Notes under the pieces: generated by a model | The model's input: the letters and a program-made list of their open reading frames with translations, nothing else | What the model was told of the DNA's origin: nothing | Database searches by the model: none | Translations under genes and position numbers: made by a program | Shown here: positions 1-13,239 of the stretch, in pieces | Position numbering within the stretch: position 1 is the stretch's first letter | Layout: each line of letters opens with the position of its first letter | Source: Eledone cirrhosa | Lineage: Eukaryota | DNA length: 64,000 nucleotides | Assembly: GCA_964016885.1 (NCBI GenBank) | Contig: OZ024743.1 | Coordinates: forward strand, 368,218,001 to 368,282,000 | Direction: 5' to 3'

Positions 1-1915
1 TGGTCACCCAGATAGTAAACCATGTAATACAGAATGGGATCATACCAAATGACTGGCGTAGCAGCATCATCATTAACTTCTACAAGGGTAAAGGAGATGC
101 CCTAGATAGGGAAAACTATAGAGGCATTAAATTGGTTGACCAGGTCATGAAGGTCACAGAGGGCGAATTGATCTAGATGAAATGCAGTTTGGGTTTGTGT
201 CAGGTAAAAGTATCACATACGCTCTTTTCCTTGTACGACAACTACAGGAGAAGTACCTAGCTAAAAGTAAACCCCTCTACTTAGCTTTTGTAGACTTGGA
301 GAAAGCCTTTGACAGAGTCCCCCGCTCCATTATCTGGTGGGCTCTTAGAAAACTAGGTGTTGATGAATGGCTTGTGAGAGCTATACAAGCTATGTATCAA
401 GAAACAGTCAACAAGGTTAGAATTAACAACGAATATTGTGAAGAATTTAGCATAAAAGTTGGTGTTCATAAAGGCTCTATCCTTAGCCCCCTCCTATTTA
501 TTATTGCCCTTCAGGCTATAAGAGAGGAGTTCAAGATCGGCTGCTCATGGGAACTTCTATAAGCAGATGATCTACCTCTCATAGCTGAATCGATGGCTGA
601 AGTAGAGAAGAAATTCCAAACATGGAAGCATGGCCTAGAATCAAAAGGCCTTAAAGTTAACTTGTCTAAGACTAAAGTTCTAGTATGTAGAAAGGAAAAT
701 AGGGTACAGTTACCCTCTGGGAAATGGCCATGCTCAGCGTGTAGAAAAGGAGTAGGCAGAAACTCCATTTTATGTCCCAAATGCAAAGTATGGGTGCATA
801 AAAGATGTAGTGGGATCACAGGTAAGCTATTTAAAAATGTAGATTTTATATGTGGCCGATGCTCAGGTGCAATAAGTAGTAGCAAGTGCCCACAGGATAC
901 TAGCTCATTCTATTGCCCAGATGGTTCTATAGAAATAGTGGACACCTTCCGTTACCTGGGTGACAAAATCAGAAGTGATGGAGGGTGCTCTGAAAGTACA
1001 GTAGCCAGTCAGAACAGGATGGAAAAAAAGTTCAGAGAGCTTATACCACTATTGGCCACTTAAGGTTTCTCTCTAAAAATGAAAGGCAGATTGTATGATG
1101 CCTGTATACGAACAGCAATGTTACATGGCAGTGAGACATGGGCTTTGTGTGCAGAGGATCTGCGCAGACTGGAGAGGAACGAAGCATGCATGCTCCGTTG
1201 GATGTGTAATAGTAATATACGTACGTGAATAGCAAAGCATAAATGAACTAAGTGAGAAATTAAGAATAAGAAGGGATCAGATACTGTTTACTCGAGAGAA
1301 GACTACGTTAGTATGGTCACGTGATGCGCATGAAAGACGACAGCTGTATAAAAAAGTGCAGGGCGATTAAAATTGATGGCAGTTACGGAGTAGACAAACC
1401 CAGAAAAACCTGGGACGATTTGATATATTCTGACCTTACACACTTACACATCTCTAAGACAATGTCACTGGACCAAGATCTTTGGCGCTACGCAGTAATA
1501 TAGAAGACTCGCCTTGCCTATGTTCAAAGCGAAACCTACTGTCAGTAGGCACTTCTTAACCAAATATAAAGCCCCTCCCACTACCCCTACTCCCCCTTCC
1601 ACCAACACCACCCTCTCTCTGTAAAGTTATGTTGGTACCACAACATCCAGTCCAAAATAAATGAGGTCGTGTAGGTGTCACGACAAAAAAACACACAGTC
1701 CACGCTGTAATGTGGCCATGTAGGTAACACGGTAAAAACCTCCCAGGCCACACTAAACGTGGTTGGTGTTAAGAAGGGCATCCAACTGTAGAAAACCCGC
1801 CAGACAGTCCTATATGAGCAAGACATGGTCACCCAACCAATATTACTTCAAATAGGACAATTCCCATCTAAACCCATGCTAGCGTGGAAGATAGATGCTA
1901 AACGATGATAATGAT
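1..1915 (+). mobile_element. RTE-clade LINE, family B-like, degraded; runs off the window start
   Basis: RT motifs QFGF, AFVDLEKAFDRVP and SILSPLLF; YADD disrupted by a stop; Cys/His finger; 3' UTR with the GAAGGGCATCC module and a GAT-type tail at about 1905-1915. Confidence 0.92.
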
Positions 1916-2144
1916 ATATACATATATGCATATGTGTATTCATATTTATATGTATGCAAAAAGTAAATGAAAGTAAAGTAAATAACACTGTACAATGAAG
2001 AAATATATTAGTTTAATACTTGATATAGTTCGGAAAGTTTTTACGTTTTGGACACTAGCTCTTCATCAGATTATAAAATGAGGAATAAAAGATGAAATAA
2101 AGGAAGGAAGTCAGCCATTTTGGAGAAAAATATACAGGCATATG

Positions 2145-2180
<36 letters not shown>

Positions 2181-2183
2181 TAT

Positions 2184-3690
2184 CTCTTAGTCTTAGTTCC
2201 TCCAGTCCCTTGTGGAACATTGGGCGACGAGCTTCCTCCACTTGATCCTGTAACTGGTGGTCCTTCTAGCACCTCTCCAGGTAATTCCCATCTCCCGCAG
2301 GTCCTCCCTGAATGTGCTCCGCCATGTTTTTCGTGATCTTCCCCGTTCTCTCCTGCTACCCTCTGGTACCCAATCCATGGCAATATGAGCAAGTCAATCT
2401 GCCAGCAAACGAAGGATGTGGCCCGCGAACCGCCATCTCCTTTTCCGGACAATGTCCCTTAACCTCTCCAATCCTGACCTCCTCATCACTTCCTCATTGC
2501 TAACTTGGTCTCTCCATGAAATTTTCAATATGGTCTGAATGCAACGACGGTGGAATACATCAAGCTTGTTACATACACTTTCCGTACTCTTCCATGACTC
2601 ACAGGCATATATCGCTGTTGGTACTACAATGGACATGTAAACACGGAATTTGACGGCGTTGCCGATGGAACACCTGACCCATACCGGACGGAGTTGCTGG
2701 AAGACCGCCGCTGCTTTTCCCAGCCTTGTGTGCACATCTACCTCAGCATTCCCATCGTCAGAGATGTTGCTGCCAAGGTATTGGAAGTGGTTTACACATT
2801 CAATGTTACGCTGACCAACCATGATTGGAGGATTTGGAGGGTTACCTGTCGACATGGTCTTGGTTTTTTCACAACTGATGTGCAGGCCAACTTTCTCTGC
2901 ATTGTCATTTAGAACGTTTGTCATCTCTTGCAAGTCTTCTCGGGAATGGCCTATCACTGCGATGTCATCGGCAAAGTCCAGGTCGCTTAATCTCCTTCCA
3001 TCCCAACTGATGCCAAAACGAGGATCACTCAGTCTTCTTCATGATGAAATCGATGACAATGAGGAAAAGGAAAGGCGAAAGGATGCAGCCTTATCGAACA
3101 CCCGTCAAGATGTCAAACATTTCCGTGTTTCCGTCCTTTGTCCTAACACAGCACCTGGAATGTCGGTATAGCGACCTGATGTTAATATATATCTCTGGGA
3201 CACCGTAGAGTCTTACAATCTTCCACAATGAATCCCGATGAACACTGTCGAAAGTTTTCCTGAAGTCAATGTAGTTGACAACAAGGAACTTATGGAACTT
3301 CCAACATTGTTCAATGATATTTCGGAGAGTGAAGATCTGCTCTGAACAAGACCTTCCACTGCAGAAGCCAGCCTGTTCATATCGAAGATGACGATCTACT
3401 TCTGCTCTTAGCCGGTTCAGGATGACTGTGCAGAATACCTTCCCTGGCACTGATAGCAACGTGATCCCTCTCCAGTTGTTGCAGTCGCTGAGACAGCCCT
3501 TCTTCGGTAGTGGTACAATAACTCCAGTCCTCCAGCACCTCTTCCTCTTGCCAAATCACATTGCATAAATGGGTGAGCTGCTCCTCTATCATATCCTTGC
3601 CGTGCTTCAGAAGCTCTGCAGGAATCTCATCCAGCCCTGCCAGTTTGTTATTCTTTTGGCAGCGGATGGCCTTGGCCACCTCAGCTCTTG
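2184..3690 (-). mobile_element. RTE/BovB-like LINE, family D, 5'-truncated and frameshifted, no PHD insert
   Basis: ORF fragments AGLDEIPAELLK, EQAGFCSGRSCSEQIF, DFRKTFDSVHR, FQYLGS and RWRFAGHILR; short TAAGAC-type tail; (TA)n on both sides. Confidence 0.9.
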
Positions 3691-3783
3691 TGATATATAT
3701 ATATATAGTGTTTAGAAACAATGAGAAAGTTAGAGTCCTGAAACCTTTGGTAATGGAGTAGTTATATATTGTCGTTCACTTTC

Positions 3784-3830
<47 letters not shown>

Positions 3831-5446
3831 ATTTCTTTAAACAATTTACCCCTTTCTTGGTATAGATACCTTGAAATATTGGTAGCTTACAGAATTTCTT
3901 CATTGACTAGAATCAGAAGACTTTATCATGTTTTATTTTTGATAGTTCTAGATCATTTTTAATATCCTAGAAATTTAAAAATGAATTCTTTCAAGAATAT
4001 TTCCAAGATAAGATTCAATAAAATACATTAAAATGCCAGATATTTCAAATACTACACAGAAGTTATCACAAAGTAATTATCAAGATGGTTTTCTCAGTTG
4101 TGTCCCTGATATAACTTAGTATTTTGACTAGCAAACTGTACTGTGTATTTCAAACACCTTTTCAGACAGAAGACAGCCATTTACATCATGTCTTCTAAAT
4201 GGTAGCTGTGATGGGATTTGTTATCTTGAATAACACTCAAGAGCTTATGATTTTTAAAGAATTCATTATTTTTCAACTTACAATCCACATCTAAAATTTT
4301 ATGTATTTGACAAAATGGAATGCTATTTGCATATTTTCCAGTATTCTTCTTCAATTGCTTTAGAAATATTAGAACATATTCCCAAAATGGAATTGCTTTG
4401 ATTGAACAACAGAAAGAAGAGACCAGGCATTTCAATGTTTTGTTTTCAGTTTTATTTTTCTTAAAGAATTCCAAAATGTTGTTATTGGGCAGCTTTGGTC
4501 AAACATACACAATTGAATACCTAGTAGTAGCACAAGTGATAGTCTTTTATTCTTTCTTTGGTTTTAATCATTGAACAGTGGCCAATCTGTGGCACTGCAT
4601 TATAGGTCATAGTTGAATACATTGACCTCAATATTAATTTTATCAACTGGTGTATATTCTATTAACTTTGGAATGGTAAAACAGAAACATGCACAGGATT
4701 TGAAGTAATGCATCTAAAAAAAAATACCACTAGCTATTTTGTCCTATTCTACACATTTTAAGAACATTTTGCCTGCTAAAGCCATGCAAGCACCATATTA
4801 TCTGCATCCCTCCTCATCAACCCTTTCATTTCTTCATCCATCTACAGACATGTGTTTCTTGGTCTTGCTCTTTTTCTACTTCCTTGCTCACTCCTCTCAC
4901 CAGTCACTTTCATCCTTCTTTAATATATATATAGATATGTATAGGGAGCTCATAGATAGGACAACACACGGTTTTTCGTGGGGGTAAGTTTTTATTAATT
5001 TTCGTATTTTGAAAGACCAAAATACAACAATAAATTTTACTCATTGGAAGCCGGGAAACGTTCTGAGAAAAGCTGTGAAAGCTACAGAAATATTCCATAT
5101 ATTCTTCTAGAGCAATCTCTATTTAAAAATTTACATTTTACTCTTACTTGTCCGCCATTGCAAAAGGCCATAAATTCAAATTTTGAAAAGAGAGGAAAAA
5201 TAAAAAAAGGAACAAGTGAACTATGAACTTGTACATCTCACTTCCCCCCGCCACCACAATAACAATAACGTCTACACTTGCTCCCCACCACCACCACATA
5301 ACTCATTACCCTATCTAAGCTGGCTGACCTGTTGACTGTTGACAAACTGCTAACCCCTTTAATGTATGTATGTGTATATATATATATGTATGTGTGTGTA
5401 TATATGTGTGTATATATATATCTCAGTGGATGCGACCAGATTTCAA

Positions 5447-6030
5447 CACAGCAACAACTACAACAACAGCAACTACAGCGACAGCAACAACAGCAGCAAC
5501 AACACCATTGTCTGTGTTGAATGTGTGTGTATGTATTTATATATATGCGATTACAATAACAGCAACAGCACCATTGACTGCAGCAGCAGCATCAGTGAAA
5601 TGAAGAACAACAGCAATGGCAGCAGCAACAACAACAATAACAATGACAGCAACAACTGCCACCACCATCACTGACACCATCCACCACCATCACCATACTG
5701 ACACCATCCTCCACCTTCATCACCACCACAACCACCACCACCATCATCACTGGCACCATCCACCACCACCGCCATCACCACCATCACTAACACCATCCAG
5801 CACCACCATCACTGACACCATCCACCACCTTCACCACCACCACTACTACCACTGCCACCATCACTGGCACCATCACCACCATCAGTCACCATCCACCACC
5901 ATCACCATCACTGATTACCTTCCACCACCATCCACCACCTCCACCAATACCACCACCTCCATCACTGACACCATCCACCACCACCACCACCATCACCACT
6001 GGCACTATCCACCACCATTCACCATCACCA
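5447..6030. repeat. Low-complexity (CAA/CAG)n then (CAC/CAT)n trinucleotide tract
   Basis: Directly visible; explains the poly-Q/N/T/H ORFs. Confidence 0.9.
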
Positions 6031-6128
6031 GCGTAAAGCAAACAATTATTATTATTATATAAAAACTGAACTGGACTGGGAAAAGTCAACAGTTGACATG
6101 ATTTTGATTTTGTATCAGTACTGCCGGT

Positions 6129-6159
<31 letters not shown>

Positions 6160-6269
6160 GTGTGTTTGTATGCATGAGTGTTGGTGTGTGAGTGGTGTGT
6201 GTGTTTGTAGTTTGTATGCATGAGTGTGTGCATGTCGTGTCAATAAGTGTTGGTTTTTTGGGTTTTTTT

Positions 6270-8962
6270 ATGACCATGCTGTAAAATGGAGGGGTAGAGA
6301 GGGCCCTGGAGTCTAGTGAGACATCCTCTCTAGTGCTGGTGGCACAAATAAAAGCACCCAGTCCATGCTGTAAAGTGGCGCTGGTGTTAGGAAGGGCATC
6401 CAACCAGTGTATCAATGCCAAAATGTTTATCAGCACAGCAACAAATCGATAGGAACAACAACAAAATATGAAGACGTCGCCTCTGAGTTGCAACACTTAA
6501 TGTTGGCACTCTCAGAGGTAGATCTGCTGAAATAGCGGAGATGCTGGAGAGAAGGCATGTGGATGTGTGCTGCGTGCAAGAGGTGAGATGGAGAGGTGCC
6601 TCTGCGAGACTAGTCGCAGGCAAACATCTTAGCTATAAGCTTTTCTGGGTAGGTAAGGATGATGGGTTAGGGGGTGTAGGCATTTTCCTGGCTGAGAGAT
6701 GGATCAATAAGACAACCGAGGTAGTTTGAGTTAGTAATCGAATAATTAAGCTTAGATTAGTTGTAGGCAGGAGACTACTGACAATCATCTCTGCCTATGC
6801 TCCCCAAGCAGGCCTAGGCAAAGATGAGAAAGACTGCTTTTACGAGCAACTATTACAAACAACTGCAATGACAGAGGACGAAACATCATTATGCTAGCAG
6901 GGGACGTCAATGGTCATGTTGGACAGCTCCAGGATGGTTACACTGGGGTACATGGTGGGCACGGTTACGGCTCAAGAAATGAAGTAGTGAGACTTCTTGA
7001 ATTTTGTGATGCAAGTACACTGAGTATTTGCAACACAAACTTCCAGAAACCTGCCAACCACCTAATAACATACAAATCTGGCGAGCACATAAGCCAGATT
7101 TACTTCTTACTAGTTAGGCAGCGGGACAGGCAGATAGTGTCTAATACCAAGGCATACCCTGGGGAAGAATGTACCCCACAGGATAGGTTAGTCGTTAGTG
7201 ATATCTCAGTAAGCAAGGGATGGAATGAGACATACAGGAAGGTGTGGAGAAGAAAGGTCTGGAAGCTAAAAGACCTTTCACTAAAATACAAATTTAGGAA
7301 AGCTCTTCAAGATGTGTATGACGAAAAAGATGATGATTTAGAGACGTATGACATAGATAATAACTGGAATTTCTTACGTGTCAACTTACTGCAGGCTACT
7401 GATGAAACTTGTGGCTGGAGCAAAGCTCCAACCAGACAGAGAGTGACCTGGTGGTGGAACAGCACAGTAGATAAGGCCATTAGAGACAAAAGACTAGCAT
7501 GGAAGGCTTTGAAAAAGGGTGGGAGTAGGGAAGAATATACAGCCGCTAAGAGAGAAGCTAGACATCAGGTGTACTTAGCACGCAGGGAGGCTGAGAGTGG
7601 GAGGTTTGCCAATGTTCTGCAACGGGAAGATCAGAGGCGTGCAGTGTTCCACATTGCAAGGCAGTGTGTCAATGCAAATCAGGATGTTGTTGGAGATAAA
7701 TGTGTCCAGGATGATGCCGGTGTACTTAGTGTCACGAATGATCAGAAAAAGGAGGCCTGTAAATGTCATTATGAGAGACTGATGAATGTGGAGAACGAAT
7801 GGGAGAGAGAAAAATTACCCTCAGTAGATCCAACAGAGGGACCAGCTATTGAGTTTGATGAATATAGGGTCCAAGAGGCGATTAAGGAAATGAAAAATGG
7901 TAAGGCTGCTGGACCTCGGGAATAGTTGCTGAGATGCTGAAGGCATCAGGGGACGTAGCACTAAACTGGTTGCACGCATCATCAATCAGGCTATATATGG
8001 TGGTGTCATACCCAAAGACTGGTGCAGCAGTATTCTCATAAATTTCTACAAATGTAAAGGGGATGCTCTGGAGAGGAGAAATTATAGGAGTATAAAACTG
8101 ATGGATCAGGTTATGAAAGTGGCAGAAAGTATATTAGCACAACTAATTAGAAAAAGGGTCAAACTAGATGAGATGCAGTTTGGTTTTGTGTCTGGGAAGA
8201 GTACAACAGATGCCCTCTTCTTGGTGAGACAATTGCAAGAGAGGTTCTTAGAGAAAAATAAGCCACTATACTTAACCTTTGTTGACCTAGAGAAGGCCTT
8301 TGATAGGGTACCCCGATCTGTCATCTGGTGATCCCTAAGGAAACTAGGTGTTGAGGAATGGCTTGTGAGGACAGTGCAAACTTTGTACAGAGGTACTGTC
8401 AGTAAAGTCAGGGTAGGAATGGAGTTTAGTGAGGAATTCCAGATACAAGTAGGAGTACATCAAGGTTCGGTCCTCAGCCATCTCTTCTTCATTATAGTCC
8501 TCCAAGCCATAACAGAGGAGTTTAAGACTGGCTGTCCATGGGAACTTCTCTATGCTGACGATCTGGTTCCTATAGCAGAATCAGTAGAGGAGCTAGAGAA
8601 TAAATTTTGGCTATGGAAACAGCAGTTGAAAGCAAGAGGACTGAGAGTGAAACTAGCTAAGACAAAAGTGTTGATAAGTAGAAAAGAGGACAAAACTCTG
8701 ATTCCGTCAGGGAAATGGCCATGTTCGATATGCAGAAAAGGAACTGGCATAAATTCTATAAAATGCACACAATGCAGATCCTCGGTACACAAGAGATGTA
8801 GCGGGATAGCAGGCAAACTAACAGGTAGGGAGAAATACGTATGCAGTAGATGTACAGGGAAATTAGACAGAAGTCGCATTGATAGACACATTTTTCAAAT
8901 GCAAGCGGGTGCTATAGAAGTGGTGGATAGCCTCCGGTACCTAGGAGATCAGATTAGCATGG
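6270..8962 (+). mobile_element. RTE-clade LINE, family C, degraded, with probable 5' UTR; 3' end missing
   Basis: APE motifs (TLNVG, DVCCVQEVRW, GDVNGHVG), RT (QFGF, YADD) and Cys/His finger; several stops and frameshifts; ATG at 6468 preceded by the pseudoknot/GGAAGGGCATCC module. Confidence 0.9.
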
Positions 8963-9009
8963 CTTCCTCTGGCATATTGTGTGAAGTAAGCATTAAGGAG
9001 CTCATTAAA

Positions 9010-9195
9010 AGGGTGGTGGATTGGCAGTATCGGTAGGTCTGGCGCCATGCTTTGCAGCATAGAGTTATGGCCCTTTATGATCTGAGTTCAAATCCCGCCA
9101 TGGTTAACTTTGTCTTTCATCTTTATGGTGTCGATAAAATAAAGTATCAGTAATGCACTGGGATAATTGCTGGCCTTGTGCCAAAAGTAGAAAAA
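9010..9195 (+). mobile_element. tRNA-derived SINE
   Basis: A-box-like TGGCAGTATCGG and B-box GAGTTCAAATCC; body GTCGATAAAATAAAGTA; homologous copy at 61422-61605. Confidence 0.8.
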
Positions 9196-9254
9196 TTAAA
9201 TTACAGGGATAAATGCAAGTCCTTAACCCGTTGTTTCCTTTTATATATATATAT

Positions 9255-9286
<32 letters not shown>

Positions 9287-9289
<3 letters not shown>

Positions 9290-9680
9290 GATATTAATAA
9301 ATGGAAACTATATTTATAAAACCATATTTATTTCATTATACATATTTCAGGGATACCAAATTAAATTATGGTATGCCTTCATCAGACAAAATACAATATA
9401 TAACATTTTTGGAGGCCTCCAAAAATAATGGTTGCATTTTAAAAGGGTACGTCAAAGCTTATTTGTAAAACTGATATATATTGTATTTTGTCTGATGAAG
9501 GCATACCATAATTTAATTTGGTATCCCTGAAATATGTATAATGAAATAAATATGGTTTTATAAATATGGTTTCCATTTATTAATATCGTATATCTACTCC
9601 AAATACTTGTCGAGTGCTTTATATCAGTTATAAAAATATTTACTTGTTGTATCCCAACAATTTAAATAGAACTTTTGCAT
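9287..9680. mobile_element. Non-coding fold-back element (PLE pLTR-like) with inverted hammerhead pair H1
   Basis: Arms of about 115 bp (9287-9402 / 9475-9590), near-perfect inverted; (TA)n on both flanks. Confidence 0.8.
9484..9548 (+). ncRNA. Type-I hammerhead ribozyme H1 (antisense copy at 9329-9393)
   Basis: UAUUUUGU-CUGAUGA-AGGCAUACCA..UGGUAUCCCU-GAAA-UAUGUA-UA/AUGAAAUA; stems I and II pair; stem III near-palindromic. Confidence 0.8.
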
Positions 9681-9693
9681 ATATATATATATA

Positions 9694-12349
9694 TGCTCTA
9701 ACAGACGACAAGGACTTCCTAATCATTGCAGGAGATTTTAACGGACACGTAGGTAAACACTGCGACGGCTTCAATAGAGTACATGGAGGCCATGGAGTTG
9801 GCACAAGGAATGAGGAAGGATTCAGACTTCTAGAATTCTGCGACGCCAATGACATGTCGATATGTAACACAAACTTTAAAAAACCCGACAACCACCTGAT
9901 CACCTATAGATCAGGGGAGCACTCTAGTCAGTTAGATTTTATCCTCATCAGAGGACGTGACAGATGGACGGTCGTAAACACAAAAGCCTTCCCTAGTGAG
10001 GAATGTACATCCCAACATAGCTTAGTTGTCAGCGACCTCACGGTCAGAACTAGACGAGCCCTGAAACAGAGGCCAACCTGGAGAAGAAAGATCTGGAAGC
10101 TGAAAGTCCCCTCAACCAGTAACGGATTTAAAGATATTTTACTCAACGCCTACGACAGTAAAGAAGAACAGATAGAGACATTTAACGTAGAAGAGAACTG
10201 GGAGTTCCTAAAAAATAACTTACTAGAGGCGACGGATGAGGTTTGTGGCTGGAGTAAGACCTCAAGCAGGAGGAGAGTGACTTGGTGGTGGAACAATAAG
10301 GTAGATGAAGCAGTCAAGGCCAAGAGACAGGCATGGAAAGAATGGAAGAACGGGGGGAGCAGGGTACATTACATAGAGACCAAGAGGGAAGCTAGGCGAC
10401 AAGTATACTTAGCTAGGAGGGAAGCAGAGGATAGAAAATTCAAGCATGTTTTACAACGTGAGGACCAGAAACAGGAGGTATTCAAGATTGCGAGGCAGTG
10501 TGTCAGAGATAGTTGTGATGTCATTGGAGAGAAGTGTATCCGGAATGATAAAGGTGAGCTTGCCCTCACAAGTGCTGAGAAGAAAGATGCATGGAAGAGT
10601 CATTATGATAGATTACTAAATGAGGAGAATGCATGGGAAGAAGAGACCCTACCCCACGTAGACCCTATAGAGGGACCAGCAGTACAAGTCAGCGGCAGCG
10701 TAGTAAGTAAGGCAATCAGAGATATGAAGATAGGGAAGGCAACCGGTCCATCGGGTATAGCTGCCGAGATGCTGAAGGCATCTGGGTCTGTAGGTCACAC
10801 TATAACCACACGTATCGTTAACCAGGTAATACTAGAGGGGGCCATACCAAAAGATTGGTGCAGTAGCATCATTGTCAACTGCTACAAAGGTAAAGGCGAT
10901 GCACTAGATAGAGGAAACTATAGAGGTATAAAGTTGATGGACCAGGTCATGAAAGTAACAGAAAGAGTTATAGCACAGCTGATTAGGGACCGGGTGAATA
11001 TAGACGAGATGCAATTTGGGTTTGTTCCAGGGAAAGGCACCACTGATGCGCTCTTCCTTGTGAGGCAATTACAGGAAAAGTACCTAGCTAAAAGTAAGCC
11101 ACTCTACTTGGCATTTGTCGACCTTGAGAAAGCCTTTGACAGAGTTCCACGTGCAGTAATCTGGTGGGCTCTTAGAAAACTAGGAGTAGATGAATGGCTT
11201 GTGAAAGCGGTACAAGCCATGTATAGGGGAGCAGTCAGCAAAGTTAGGATTGGCAATGAGTATAGCGAGGAATTTAGCGTACAGGTTGGGGTCCACCAGG
11301 GCTCTGTTCTTAGCCCTCTCCTGTTCATCATAGTCCTGCAGGCAATAACGGAGGAGTTTAAGACCGGATGCCCATGGGAACTCCTGTATGCTGATGACCT
11401 CGCACTCATAGCTGAATCTATGGTAGAACTAGAGAATAAATTCCAAACCTGGAAGCAGGGACTAGAGAGAAAGGGCCTCAAAGTCAACATGACAAAGACT
11501 AAGGTCCTTATAAGTAGACGAGAAAACAGAACCCAGATCCCCTCAGGGAAATGGCCTTGCTCAGTATGTAGGAAAGGTGTAGGTAGGAACTCCATTCTTT
11601 GCCCCAAATGCAAACAATGGGTACACAAGAGATGTAGCGGGATCTCAGGAAGCTTAATTAAGAATGTAGGATTCACATGCAGCAGCTGTGCTGAAACAGC
11701 AAGCAAACAGCCACAGGAAACAAGTACCACCAATCTCTGGGAGGGCCCTGTAGAAACAGTAGACAGCTTCTGCTACCTAGGTGACCGAATTAGCAACGGA
11801 GGTGGGTGCTCAGAAAGTACAATAACTAGGGTAAGAACGGGATGGAAGAAGTTTAGGGAACTACTACCACTGCTAGCTGCAAAAGGCTTCTCCCTCAGAA
11901 TGAAAGGCAGACTGTATGATGCGTGTATCCGAACAGCGATGTTGCATGGTAGTGAGACCTGGGCGCTGAAGGTGGAAGACTTACGTAGATTAGAGAGAAA
12001 CGAAGCCTGCATGCTCCGATGGATGTGTAACAGTAATATACGTGAACGACAAAGCATAAATGAATTGAGAGAGAGACTGAGCATAAGAGGAATCAAATGC
12101 TGCGTGCAGGAGAGGCGGTTACGCTGGTATGGACATGTGATGCGTATGAAGGATGACAGCTGCATAAAAAGGTGCAGAGCACTAGAAGTTGATGGAAACC
12201 GCGGAGTGGGGAGACCCAAGATGACTTGGGATGAGGTGATAAAAGCCGACCTTACCCAACTACACCTCTCAAAGTCAATGACACACGACCGTGACTTCTG
12301 GCGTCACGCAGTAATACAGGGTACCCGACCTCCCATGGGTACATGCTGA
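9694..12349 (+). CDS. Truncated APE endonuclease + RT + PHD-like finger; open frame
   Basis: ORF 9614..12349; the first ~27 aa come from flanking DNA; GDFNGHVG, QFGF, YADD, CSVC..CPKC..HKRC..CSSC. Confidence 0.85.
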
Positions 12350-12646
12350 AGCATATAAACAATATGCCCCCCCTCCCCCACCGCAAGGTGGTCGTGGAGG
12401 TGCCACGGCAAAAAAGCACCCAGCCCACACTGTAAAGTGGACGTGTAGGCGCCACGAAAAAGCACCCAGCACTCACTGTAAATGAGGTTGGTGTTAGGAA
12501 GGGCATCCAGCTGTAGAAATCAAGCCAGATCAGTTCCTGTATGAGCAAGGCATGGTCAGCCGACCAGACACTGCCCACAACAGGACAACCCGTCTAACCC
12601 ATGCTAGCGTGGAAGAACGGACGTAAAACGGTGATGATGATGATGA
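9694..12646 (+). mobile_element. RTE-clade LINE, family A, 5'-truncated young copy
   Basis: Nearly identical to 26993-29940 (-); begins abruptly after (TA)n; 3' UTR module and (GAT)n tail. Confidence 0.95.
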
Positions 12647-12655
12647 TATATATAT

Positions 12656-12699
<44 letters not shown>

Positions 12700-12747
12700 T
12701 TGATACAATGAAGTTTCACTTTAAGTTGTTTTTTTTTTTATTGAATA

Positions 12748-12812
12748 TCGACCATTATGTACATTTCGCAGATGATTGGCTTCTGTATCAATCTGTTCAT
12801 TGGGCATGTTGA
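12748..12812 (-). ncRNA. Degenerate hammerhead-like motif
   Basis: Minus strand CCAAUGA-ACAGAU..AUCUGC-GAAA-UGUACA-UA; core mutated and stem I imperfect. Confidence 0.45.
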
Positions 12813-13239
12813 TTTGATTAAAAACAATATATATCTCAAGGGCATCCAACCTCTTACAAACCTACAGGCATTTCCTGTTTACAATATTTTCTTGTCCTTT
12901 TGTGTGGGTCAATGATGTGGGGTTTGGTTAATTAGTGGTTGAGTGTGCTTCCTGTCTTTTGGTCTTATACCAGTTGTCACTAGGCAGCTATAGAACAAGA
13001 TCCATGACACTCAGTGATAGCTACACCAGTGACAACACCAACTCCAACAATAACAGCAGCAACAACTGTATCAGTGCCAATACTCCCAGTGGGGGTAACG
13101 ATGGCATATCTCAGTAGTAGCCGAGAATGCCAGACAGTGCTATTTCAAGATTTGCTAATCTCTCATTGGTGACACCCACTCAACCAGTACTGGGATAAAA
13201 ATAGACTAGAGTCTATAAAGATTTTGTGTGATGAATATG

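Noticed and set aside
2030-3770. Partial hammerhead-like pieces (CTGATGA near 2065 on -, GAAACCTTTGGTA near 3740 on +)
   Set aside because: Only half cores or broken stems; not callable, although consistent with decayed pLTRs
3840-4480. Possible decayed coding sequence on the minus strand
   Set aside because: Multiple stops and no recognisable motif; needs BLASTX
4969-5062. Imperfect ~85-nt hairpin followed by GAAACGTTC
   Set aside because: No CUGANGA core and no evidence for a miRNA
5332-6062. Poly-Q/N/T/H ORFs
   Set aside because: Trinucleotide low-complexity DNA with no domain or convincing splice context
9010-9100. tRNA gene
   Set aside because: A/B boxes are present but there is no cloverleaf, and it continues into a SINE body
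11104-12219. Antisense ORFs over RTE coding regions, recurring in each copy
   Set aside because: Shadow frames of the LINE ORF; recurrence only reflects copy identity
12393-12420. Resemblance of the UTR pseudoknot to a pistol ribozyme or preQ1 riboswitch
   Set aside because: Only P1, the loop pairing and the A-tract match; pistol P2/P3 and catalytic residues, and preQ1 ligand-binding residues, are not evident
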